A stretch of DNA of 64,000 bases. Origin: Gammaproteobacteria bacterium. Its GTDB lineage: Bacteria > Pseudomonadota > Gammaproteobacteria > Steroidobacterales > JABDLF01. Of this stretch, positions 48,901 through 56,675 are shown in pieces. Each line of letters opens with the position of its first letter. Positions within the stretch are counted from its first letter, which is position 1. Below the pieces are notes generated by a model. The model did no database searches. It saw only the letters and a program-made list of their open reading frames with translations, and had not been told where the DNA came from. The DNA lies in the NCBI GenBank assembly GCA_041565075.1, contig JBFGOQ010000006.1, forward strand, positions 724 to 64,723. Direction: 5' to 3'. Made by a program: the position numbers and the translations under genes.

Positions 48901-49226
48901 TTGACCGCAGGACGCCGTTATGGGACACACGCCATCCCAAGGGCCATTACACGGCCTTCGGTGATGCTACCGAACTTGTGGCCGCTAACGATGACGCGCT
49001 CGCAATAGTCGGACCGGGCGAGGCGCTGTCGTTGACCTTTGCCGCACCAACGCGGGCCGGGGGGCAGACGCACCTGGTTTTGGAAGCCAGGGGATGGGCC
49101 AAGGACATGGATCTGTATACCAATAGCGGCGGTACGGTGGGCCCGCTGCCCGCCCTGGGCCTTGATCCGACGCGACGCGAGGCATTGCACGAGCGTTACA
49201 ATACGCGGTTTGAAGCCGGCTACTGA
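45924..49226 (+). CDS. TPR + FG-GAP/VCBS + UnbV/ASPIC-like lipoprotein (1100 aa)
   Basis: Lipobox FLVAC. TPR region at about aa 30-200. FG-GAP repeats (DANGDGVLDLYIA, GDVDNDGLLDAYLL, DADHDGDLDIFVI, DLDHDRDTDILVV, GDVDADGSAEIYA, DLDGDGRQELIY). UnbV-like segment SNASGIGTRVDLRI. The start overlaps the upstream stop (ATGA). Confidence 0.85.
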   Translation: MIMLIRLRAFVLSSVACFLVACSAHDAGPALSEQDIADNNRGVGLMGYFDYEGARQIFAQLAQRHPLWHDVQVNLAIATLNRQQQGDEQTALDLVMQVLLANPEHLRARYVAGLLRLNAGDSAMALADFEHVARADPDDPFAAYYSALCRAQLGDAERALADYRRAIELDPYLRSAYYGAFQALQRLKRREEAREMLAQFQRLADNPQARLAEFKYTRMGDKGAAQVVNLQAPAEIQQPEGELFVAARPMADLPPLVGAQETAMTVADANGDGVLDLYIAQTANGSLLVTGGADGTFTMQAQHKLSGIANVRAALWGDVDNDGLLDAYLLRDGPNQLWQQVAQGEWRDVSETSASSGGDTDSIDGAMFDADHDGDLDIFVINADAPVELFNNNLDGTFRPLAKTQDLARSGRRARSVVVTDLDHDRDTDILVVYASPPHDVFLNDRLWAYRSAQDMALFSEASLAAAVAGDVDADGSAEIYAIAEDGALLRFTRAASHAWQQESLAPAGTASAAGIAQLALADLDGDGRQELIYSIDEGWQVGRLDGEGFEPGFTGKLGSHGHWLLANLELPAGPSIIGAVNDGPPLIWKPGRGRHAFIGLSFTGLEEKAESMRSNASGIGTRVDLRIDSRWRSHDTLRNHTGPGQSLQPLFVGAGGYESIDYVALTWSDGVFQTELGLRPGTLHKITETQRQLSSCPVLFAWDGEKFAFVSDLLGVGGIGFNTGFGQYATPRPWEFFLLPRNSVRDHAGSIELKIAEPMEEVAYIDTARLRAYSLPAGWQMVLDERMGLSEPLPSGRAIFYRTESLPVSARNDRDADVLAALMAADGSAAPVGERDRRFIGRLAEQHVLELEFPAPLNDEQRIPWLVVDGWVEYPYSQTGFAAWQAGAAFEAPSLAAGNAAGEWVEIAHQFGYPAGMPRRMAFPLDKLPAATTRLRLATNLEVYWDRISVVFEEPAPDELQVEELTLLKAVLEAPGFPLRKDGPQRRPDYDFDRRTPLWDTRHPKGHYTAFGDATELVAANDDALAIVGPGEALSLTFAAPTRAGGQTHLVLEARGWAKDMDLYTNSGGTVGPLPALGLDPTRREALHERYNTRFEAGY

Positions 49227-49259
49227 GCCGTCCTGCGTCGACCGGACTAATTTGCTGTT

Positions 49260-52052
49260 GTGAAAGTCGCTGATCAGAATCAGTCATCGTCCGCGCCTTC
49301 CCGGCGAACCTACGTGCCTGCCGTCGGCCCACGCTTGCGCAAGCTGCTGTTCTTCGTATTCGGCTTGTTCGCGCTGCTGGCCATAAACGCGTTTTACCTG
49401 GCAGCCGTTACTTTCGCGGAATGGTTCACGGGATCGACATTCCAGGGTTACTTTTACCAGTTCATGTTCCTCGGGCACCTGGCACTGGGATTGCTGCTGA
49501 TCATGCCAGTGCTTGTTTACGGCGCTATCCATATCAGCAATGCCCATGACCGGCCAAACCGGCGCGCCGTAAAAGCCGGTTTCGCCCTGTTCACGACGGT
49601 ACTGATCCTGCTGGCCAGCGGCCTGGTGCTCACCCGTGGAATCCCGATTATCGAGGTACGCGATCCGGCCGGCCGCCAGCTTGCTTACTGGGTGCACGTG
49701 GTTGCACCGCTGGTGGTGGCCTGGTTGTTCGTGCTGCACCGGCTCGCGGGCAAGCGCATCAACTGGCGGGCAGGCGCGTGGGTCGCGGGCGTCGCCGCCG
49801 CCTTCGCAGCAGTGGCTATCCTCCTGCAGATCCAGGACCCGCGGCAATGGAACGTGGCCGGCCCAGCCAGCGGTGAAGCCTATTTCTTTCCGTCTCTGGC
49901 GCGCACGGCGAGTGGCAACTTCATACCGGCCAGGTCACTCATGAAAGATGCATATTGCCAGGAGTGCCACGCGGACGTTCACGACGCCTGGTCGGTGAGT
50001 GCGCACCGCTTCGCATCGTTCAATAATCCGGCTTACCTGTTTTCGGTGCGCAATACGCGCGAGAAATCTCTGGCCCGCGATGGCACCGTTCAGGCGGCGC
50101 GATTCTGTGCGGGTTGTCATGATCTCGTGCCGTTCTTCAGTGGCGCATTTGACGATCCCGCATTCGATGACGTTAATCATCCGACAGCAGCGGCCGGCAT
50201 TACCTGCACGGGCTGTCACGCCATCACCCATATCAACAGCCCCAGGGGCAACGCCGATTACACTATCGAAGAGCCATTGCATTACCCCTTCGTGGACAGC
50301 GACCAGGCCTTGCTGGCGTGGCTTAACCGTTTCATGGTCAAGGCCAAGCCGGCGTTCCACAAAAAGACCTTCCTGAAGCCCCTGCACCAGAGCACAGAAT
50401 TTTGCGGTGCCTGCCACAAGGTTCATTTGCCGGAGGAGCTCAACCAGTACCGATGGCTGCGCGGCCAGAACCACTATGATTCATTCTTGCTGAGCGGCGT
50501 TTCCGGGCATGGTGTAACCAGTTTCTACTACCCTGAGCAGGCTGAGACCAATTGCAACGGCTGTCATATGCCGCTCACAGTTTCAGACGACTTTGGTGCC
50601 CGGGTGCGCGATGCCAGCGCCGAACTCAAAGTGCACGATCACCAGTTTCCTGCAGCCAACACCGCCATTCCGCATTTACTCGGCCTGGGCGAGGCAGCGA
50701 TCAGGGCGCACGAAGCATTCACAACTGACAGCGTGCGCGTGGACTTGTTTGCCCTGCGCAGAGATGGCCTGATCGATGGCGAACTCCTGGGGCCGCTACG
50801 GCCCGACCTGCCGGCCGTCGAGCCTGGCTCGACATATCTGTTGGAAACCGTCGTTCGGACTCTGAAACTCGGTCACCTGTTTACCCAGGGCACAGCGGAC
50901 TCCAATGAAGTGTGGCTCGATGTGGAACTGCATGCCGATGGCAAACTGCTGGGAAGAAGCGGCGCAATGGCCGAGGATGGAACGGTCGATCCCTGGTCGC
51001 ATTTTATCAACGCTTATGTTCTTGATCGCAACGGCGATCGGATTGACCGGCGCAACGCCGAGGATATTTTCACCGCGCTATACAACAACCAGATCCCGCC
51101 GGGAGCCGCTGACACCGTACATTATCGGTTCAAGGTGCCGGCAACGGCATCGCGATCGATAAGCATCAGTGTGCGGCTCAAGTATCGCAAGTTCGATACC
51201 AACTACATGCGCCTGTTCCAGGGGGCGAGTTTCGACGGCAATGACTTGCCGGTGATGGTCATCGCCGAGGACAGTGTCACGCTGCCGGTTGCGGGTACGC
51301 AGCTGACCACAGAAGTACGCGATATTCCCGAGTGGCAACGCTGGAACGATTACGGCATTGGTCTGTTACGCAAGTCCGGTCGCGGTCAGTTACGCCAGGC
51401 AGAAGAGGCCTTTACCAAAGTCGGTGCTCTGGGACGTCCCGACGGCCCGTTGAACCTGGCGCGGGTCTATGTGCGCGAGGGGCGCCTTTTGGAGGCGGTG
51501 GATGCACTGGATGCGGCGGCACGCCACGATCCGCCTGCGCCGCCGTGGTCGGTCAGCTATTTCACCGGCCTGGTAAATATGCAAAACGGTTATCTCGACG
51601 AGGCCATTGAGAATTTCCGCAGTCTGGCCGAAACCCGGTTCAACGAAGCGCGAGCCCGGGGCTTCGATTTTTCCCTGGATTACCGGCTTTTGAATGAGCT
51701 GGCCCTGGCCTTGTTCGAACGCTCCAAGCTGGAGCGCGGTGCGTCTCGCAAGGCGGCCCGCGAAGCGCTGCAGGAGGAAGCCATGCGCTGGTTCTCCCGC
51801 AGCCTGGCAATCGATCCCGAGAATGCCGAGGCGCATTACGGTCTCGCCCAGATCCACACAGCCCGTGGCGCAGGCGAGCAGGCCACCCGGCACCGTGCGC
51901 TGCACGCGCGTTATAAAGTTGATGACAATGCCCGCGATCGCGCCGTGGCGGCCGCACGCCGCCGTGATGCCGCTGCCGATCATGCTGCCAACGCCGTGGT
52001 CATCTATGACTTGCAGCGCCCGGCAGACGCAGCCGGCGGGAAAGGCCCGTGA
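49260..52052 (+). CDS. Membrane-anchored multiheme c-type cytochrome with C-terminal TPR domain (930 aa)
   Basis: Five predicted TM helices (aa ~28-190). Five CxxCH motifs: CQECH 49956-49970, CAGCH 50106-50120, CTGCH 50205-50219, CGACH 50403-50417, CNGCH 50553-50567. TPR-like C-terminal ~230 aa. Confidence 0.85.
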   Translation: MKVADQNQSSSAPSRRTYVPAVGPRLRKLLFFVFGLFALLAINAFYLAAVTFAEWFTGSTFQGYFYQFMFLGHLALGLLLIMPVLVYGAIHISNAHDRPNRRAVKAGFALFTTVLILLASGLVLTRGIPIIEVRDPAGRQLAYWVHVVAPLVVAWLFVLHRLAGKRINWRAGAWVAGVAAAFAAVAILLQIQDPRQWNVAGPASGEAYFFPSLARTASGNFIPARSLMKDAYCQECHADVHDAWSVSAHRFASFNNPAYLFSVRNTREKSLARDGTVQAARFCAGCHDLVPFFSGAFDDPAFDDVNHPTAAAGITCTGCHAITHINSPRGNADYTIEEPLHYPFVDSDQALLAWLNRFMVKAKPAFHKKTFLKPLHQSTEFCGACHKVHLPEELNQYRWLRGQNHYDSFLLSGVSGHGVTSFYYPEQAETNCNGCHMPLTVSDDFGARVRDASAELKVHDHQFPAANTAIPHLLGLGEAAIRAHEAFTTDSVRVDLFALRRDGLIDGELLGPLRPDLPAVEPGSTYLLETVVRTLKLGHLFTQGTADSNEVWLDVELHADGKLLGRSGAMAEDGTVDPWSHFINAYVLDRNGDRIDRRNAEDIFTALYNNQIPPGAADTVHYRFKVPATASRSISISVRLKYRKFDTNYMRLFQGASFDGNDLPVMVIAEDSVTLPVAGTQLTTEVRDIPEWQRWNDYGIGLLRKSGRGQLRQAEEAFTKVGALGRPDGPLNLARVYVREGRLLEAVDALDAAARHDPPAPPWSVSYFTGLVNMQNGYLDEAIENFRSLAETRFNEARARGFDFSLDYRLLNELALALFERSKLERGASRKAAREALQEEAMRWFSRSLAIDPENAEAHYGLAQIHTARGAGEQATRHRALHARYKVDDNARDRAVAAARRRDAAADHAANAVVIYDLQRPADAAGGKGP

Positions 52053-53905
52053 ACGAGAAAGTGCCCGAGCGACCACAGCTGCAAGGCGATGCGCAAGATG
52101 TGCCGCAAGACGACCGGATTATCGCGACCGCCTTTCGCTACTCCGTGGCTGGCCTGTTGTTTATTGCGGTAATCGGTGCGGGCCTCACCTGGTGGCTCAA
52201 TCGTCCGCCGGCAGTGGAAGATGTGCAGGAAAGCGTTCTGAGCGGTCCTGAGCGCGGCTTGCAGGGCGCGCAGCTGACGCCACCCTTGGTCGGCTTTACC
52301 GAGGTCGGCGAAGCTGCAGGCATCGACTTCGTTCATGTCAATGGCGCCTATGGCGAACGGCTGTTGCCGGAGACCATGGGCAGCGGCGTGGCGGTACTCG
52401 ATTTTGACGGCGACGGCTTGCAGGATCTCTTGTTCGTCAATGCCCGGGGCTGGCCCTGGCGTAAGTCAGCCATCCAGGCAACGCAAGGCCTATATCGCAA
52501 CCTTGGCAACGGGCGTTTCGCCGATGTTACCGCCGGCTCCGGTCTGGCACTCAGCTTTTACGGTGTCGGTGTGGCGGTGGCCGATTATGATGGCGATGGG
52601 CACACCGACATATTCATAACTGCACTGGGCGAAAACCGCTTATTTCGCAATACTGGCAAGGGCACTTTCGAAGAGCGCAGTGCCTACGCCGGTGTCAGCG
52701 GCGCTGCGGACGCCTGGAGCACAAGTGCCGCGTTTCTGGATTACGATCGCGACGGTGATCTTGACCTGTTTGTCGCCAATTACGTGCGCTGGTCACGGGA
52801 GATCGACCTGGAGGTCGATTACCAGCTCACCGGTATCGGTCGCGCCTACGGCCCGCCCAGCAACTATGAAGGCACCCACAACTATCTTTATCGCAACGAC
52901 GGCGAGGGCCGCTTCAGCGACGTGTCGCGCGCGGCCGGCATCGAGGTCGATAACCCGGCTACCGCGCGCGCGGCAGGCAAAGGCCTGGCTGTTGTGCCGC
53001 TCGATGTCGACGCCGACGGCTGGACGGATCTCGCTGTCGCCAACGACACCGTAGGTAATTTCCTCTATCACAATCTGGGTAACGGCCAATTCGAGGAAAT
53101 CGGCGCGCAGGCGGGGCTGGCCTTCGATAACCAGGGTAATGCCACGGGCGCCATGGGCATCGATGCCGCCCTGTTCAACGAGGATGACGATCTCGCCGTT
53201 GCCATCGGAAATTTCGCTAACGAGATGACCTCGTTCTATGTTGCCCGTGGCAGCAGCGGCTTGTTTACAGACGAAGCGATCATTACGGGTGTCGGACCGG
53301 ACAGTCGTCTGGCGCTGAGCTTCGGGCTGTTTTTTTTCGATTACGATCTGGATGGCCGGCTTGATATGTTGCAAACCAACGGCCATGTGGAAAACGAGAT
53401 CAACACTGTGCAGCCCAGCCAGCAATATGCCCAACCCACCCAGCTGTTCTGGAATTGCGGACGCAAATGTCCGCGCGAATTCGTCAAGGTGCCTGATGAC
53501 ATCACCGGCGACCTGGCGTCCCCCGTGGTAGGTCGCGGAGCTGCCTATCTCGACTACGACGAGGACGGTGACCTGGATCTGGTCATCACCCAGGTCGCGC
53601 GCAGGCCATACTTGCTGCGCAATGACCAGTTACTGGGGCACCACTGGCTCAGGGTCAAACTTGCCGGCAAGCCACCCAATACCGCGGCCATCGGTGCGCA
53701 CATCGAACTGGTGGCGGACGGACGTCGTCAGCGGCAGGTCGTCAGGCCATCGCGGAGCTACCTTTCGCAGGTGGAATTACCGGTAACTTTTGGTCTCGGC
53801 GGTCACGCCGGTGCGGTAACCGTCAATGTTGTATGGCCAAATGGCGAGCGCAGCAGCTTTGACATTACACAAACCGATCGTTTGGTTACGCTCGCCCAGC
53901 CCTGA
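52049..53905 (+). CDS. CRTAC1-family FG-GAP/VCBS + UnbV/ASPIC protein with N-terminal membrane anchor
   Basis: Repeats LYRNLGNGRFADVT, LFRNTGKGTFEE, LYRNDGEGRFSDVS and LYHNLGNGQFEEIG with D.DGDG loops. C-terminal UnbV segment NTAAIGAHIELV..SYLSQVELPVTFGLG. The GTG start overlaps the upstream stop (GTGA). Confidence 0.88.
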   Translation: MNEKVPERPQLQGDAQDVPQDDRIIATAFRYSVAGLLFIAVIGAGLTWWLNRPPAVEDVQESVLSGPERGLQGAQLTPPLVGFTEVGEAAGIDFVHVNGAYGERLLPETMGSGVAVLDFDGDGLQDLLFVNARGWPWRKSAIQATQGLYRNLGNGRFADVTAGSGLALSFYGVGVAVADYDGDGHTDIFITALGENRLFRNTGKGTFEERSAYAGVSGAADAWSTSAAFLDYDRDGDLDLFVANYVRWSREIDLEVDYQLTGIGRAYGPPSNYEGTHNYLYRNDGEGRFSDVSRAAGIEVDNPATARAAGKGLAVVPLDVDADGWTDLAVANDTVGNFLYHNLGNGQFEEIGAQAGLAFDNQGNATGAMGIDAALFNEDDDLAVAIGNFANEMTSFYVARGSSGLFTDEAIITGVGPDSRLALSFGLFFFDYDLDGRLDMLQTNGHVENEINTVQPSQQYAQPTQLFWNCGRKCPREFVKVPDDITGDLASPVVGRGAAYLDYDEDGDLDLVITQVARRPYLLRNDQLLGHHWLRVKLAGKPPNTAAIGAHIELVADGRRQRQVVRPSRSYLSQVELPVTFGLGGHAGAVTVNVVWPNGERSSFDITQTDRLVTLAQP

Positions 53906-55066
53906 TCAGCCTGTGCGCGTGGCGCGTTTACGCAACAGGATTTCTGCTGGCGGCGCGGTGCGCAGGACTTTGACGATGCGCTCGGCGGCATGCCCATCCC
54001 CGTAAGGGTTCTCGTTGCTACCCGAAAGCGACTTCCTGACCCCGGAACTGAGCCCGCGCCGCACCGCTGCCACGATGGCTTCTGCTTGCGCCGGCGCGTC
54101 AATAATATTGGCGGCCTTTTCGCGGCCCGTCTGCCGCAGACCCACATTCACCGTTGGCAATGCCAGCGACGGTGTTTCCATGATGCCGCTGCTGGAGTTG
54201 CCCAGCATCAGCGAGGCCTCGCGCATCAGCGCCCAGAAATCCAGGTGTGCCAGGTTGACGAACACCCGGGCGTTTTTGCGCGTGTCGCAAAAAGAGTCTG
54301 CCCGGGCAATCAATGCCTGCGAGCCTGCGTCCGCATTGGGAAAACAAAAAATCAGCTGTTGCGGCAGGGCCGCCAGGGCCGTGTAAAACTCCTCAACCTC
54401 GCACAGGGTATCGCGCGCCAGCGTCACGGGATGGTAAGCAACGACTATAAACTCCGGTGCCAGCTTGAGGCCCAGGGTAGCTTCCAGTGTGGCGCGCGCG
54501 GGCAGCGCGCTTTTTTGCAGGTGGTCCAGGGATGGCGCGCCGACCCGGTGTACCCGCCAGGCCTCCTCGCCCATTGCAATTACGCGCTGCTGTGCACGCT
54601 GCGTAGGCGTGAAATGCAAATGGCTGAGCTTGGTCAGGGCATTGCGAACGGCATCGTCAATAGCGCCTTCGCTGATCTCACCGCCCTCAATATGCGCAAT
54701 CGGGATTCGCAGGGCCAGGGCGACCGATGCCGGGGCGAGCAGCTCGTAACGATCGGCAATGAGCAGGAGGATGTCCGGGCGGAGATCTGCGAGTACATCG
54801 GTAAAGCCCAATGTTGCCTTGCCGATGGTGCGGGCCATATCGGTATCCGCGTCCCCCGGTTCCAGGCAAGGCACAGTCTCGTGCACCTCGAAGCCTTCGG
54901 CGCGAATCTGGTCAACCGTGTTCCCGTAACGTTCGCACAGGTGGGCAGCGGTGACGATCAGCCGCAAATCAATCCCGGGTGAATCCAGGAGCGCGCGCAG
55001 GGGCCAGTACAGATGCCCGTAGTCGGCGCGGGAAGTGCTAACGACAGCGATGCGGCGACGCGGCAT
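53906..55066 (-). CDS. neuC: UDP-N-acetylglucosamine 2-epimerase (hydrolysing), NeuC-like
   Basis: IAVVSTSRADYGHLYWPL, ADRYELLAPA and PIAHIEGGEISEGAIDDAVRNALTKLSHLHF match the NeuC pattern. Confidence 0.85.
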   Translation of the reverse strand: MPRRRIAVVSTSRADYGHLYWPLRALLDSPGIDLRLIVTAAHLCERYGNTVDQIRAEGFEVHETVPCLEPGDADTDMARTIGKATLGFTDVLADLRPDILLLIADRYELLAPASVALALRIPIAHIEGGEISEGAIDDAVRNALTKLSHLHFTPTQRAQQRVIAMGEEAWRVHRVGAPSLDHLQKSALPARATLEATLGLKLAPEFIVVAYHPVTLARDTLCEVEEFYTALAALPQQLIFCFPNADAGSQALIARADSFCDTRKNARVFVNLAHLDFWALMREASLMLGNSSSGIMETPSLALPTVNVGLRQTGREKAANIIDAPAQAEAIVAAVRRGLSSGVRKSLSGSNENPYGDGHAAERIVKVLRTAPPAEILLRKRATRTG

Positions 55067-55090
55067 GGCGCAACAGGTAGGGGGCGCTGT

Positions 55091-56419
55091 TCAGCTGGTC
55101 TGCGGATCGTCGCCGGCCGGCGTAACCAGTTCGCGCAGACTCTGCGAACCAAGCGTATCGCCAATGGCGTTATCGATCCGGCCAATGAGATCGGTGACCG
55201 CCGGCGTGCTCAGTTCGATTCCCTTGTGGTCGGCGTCAGGCGTACTGCGAACCGCCGTGACGATGTCAATCACTTTGATACTTTGCAGGTCCCGGCCAGG
55301 CAAAAGCGTATCCTCCTCGCTCTCGATCAGCAGGCCAGCAGTCTGCAGGGCGTTGATCACATACCACAGTGCATCGCCGGGCAGGCCAATGCGCGCAGAG
55401 AGACCATTGGCGGTCCAGCGTCGTTTGCCCTTACTGAAATCTTCTCCAACGTAGTACATCACCAGCAGCGCGAGTTCCTCGCGCAGCCGGTTGCTGAGAT
55501 AGATTCTTGCCCTGCCCGAGCGCAAGAATTGAGGATTCTGGTGATAAAAACTTATCTGAGCGCCGAGCAATAAGATCAGCCAGTTGAGGTAAAGAAGAAT
55601 CATGAACAGGACCAGCACCGCGAACCCGGAATAAATGGCGTCATATCGTGTCGCCGAGGCAGCAAATCCGGAAAACAAGAAGTGCGCGCTGGACCAGAGT
55701 ACGCCAGCTACCAGAGCGCCGAGCGAAGCCGAGCTGACATGTACTCTGGTGTTGGGAATAAAAATGTAAATGAACAGAAATGCGCTGATTACCAGCAGGA
55801 AAGGTACCAGCTTGCCGGCCAGCAGCAGGCTTGTGCCGAAGGGTTCAACCGCAATCAGCTTCTGTACAAGTGTATTGCTGCTGATCGAGGCGATGATGCC
55901 AAGGGCCGTGAAAATCAGCACGGGACCGACGAGAATTACCGAAATGTAAGCGGACAGCCGGGTAGCAAAGTTGGTGGATGGGCGCACCCGCCAGATATGG
56001 TTGAAACCGTCTTCAATTTTGCGTACCAGGGAAATCACCATGTACAACAAAAAAGCGAGACCCAGCGAGCCGAGGACATCAACCCGGACGTTATCGACAA
56101 ATCCAACGAGATTGCGGGCGAGTTCTTCCCCCTTTGGTCCCAGGGGTTCGGCCATGCGATAAAGCAGCGGTTCAACCTGGCGGTGTACCCCAAAACCTTT
56201 CAGCACAGAGAAACTGAGGGCGATGAGCGGTACGAGCGAGAGCAGGGTGGTGTACACCAGACTCATGGCGCGCAGGGTGAGCTGCCCTTCCATAACGTCG
56301 CGTATCAGCGCGACGGCGTAGCGGCCGGCGCGCACGGTCCAGCGCAGCGGCAACGGCAGGCCGTCGAGACGGGTATTCCAGATCAGCTTGTCGAGGCGCT
56401 TTTGGGTGTCTGTAAACAT
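55091..56419 (-). CDS. YihY/BrkB-family inner-membrane protein with a C-terminal soluble extension
   Basis: YihY-type N-terminus (LTLRAMSLVYTTLLSLVPLIAL) and six TM segments, followed by a C-terminal extension of about 150 aa. Confidence 0.85.
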   Translation of the reverse strand: MFTDTQKRLDKLIWNTRLDGLPLPLRWTVRAGRYAVALIRDVMEGQLTLRAMSLVYTTLLSLVPLIALSFSVLKGFGVHRQVEPLLYRMAEPLGPKGEELARNLVGFVDNVRVDVLGSLGLAFLLYMVISLVRKIEDGFNHIWRVRPSTNFATRLSAYISVILVGPVLIFTALGIIASISSNTLVQKLIAVEPFGTSLLLAGKLVPFLLVISAFLFIYIFIPNTRVHVSSASLGALVAGVLWSSAHFLFSGFAASATRYDAIYSGFAVLVLFMILLYLNWLILLLGAQISFYHQNPQFLRSGRARIYLSNRLREELALLVMYYVGEDFSKGKRRWTANGLSARIGLPGDALWYVINALQTAGLLIESEEDTLLPGRDLQSIKVIDIVTAVRSTPDADHKGIELSTPAVTDLIGRIDNAIGDTLGSQSLRELVTPAGDDPQTS

Positions 56420-56542
56420 CGCTTTTTCACGTGAATACTTACACCAAGGGTTACACGCTGCGATGCTCCCCGCAAGCTCAACCGCTGGCTGCCATTGGAC
56501 ACATTGCGCAGGCTTGGCGCCCGTTTCTCGGGTTCGGAGATT

Positions 56543-56662
56543 ATGAGCGCGCAGTTCTCACAACGTATCGTCTGCCTGACGGAGGAGACTACGAAGACCC
56601 CTTACCTGCTGGGTGAAGACTGGCGCATGGTAGGCATTTCCGGATTCACCGTGCGCCCCCCG
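56543..56662 (+). pseudogene. Possible 5' remnant of a periplasmic (cobalamin/siderophore-type) substrate-binding protein gene
   Basis: MSAQFSQRIVCLTEETTKTPYLLGEDWRMVGISGFTVRPP resembles, from memory, the N-termini of the ..QRIVCLTEE..LYLLGE.DRIVGISG..VRPP family. Similarity ends at a G/C palindrome, and the frame then runs into the purC 3' end. Confidence 0.35.
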
Positions 56663-56675
56663 GGGGGCTGCAAAA

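Noticed and set aside
56420-56542. A possible cobalamin riboswitch upstream of the binding-protein remnant.
   Set aside because: No B12-box-like element or conserved riboswitch core is visible by eye. A covariance-model scan would be needed to be certain.
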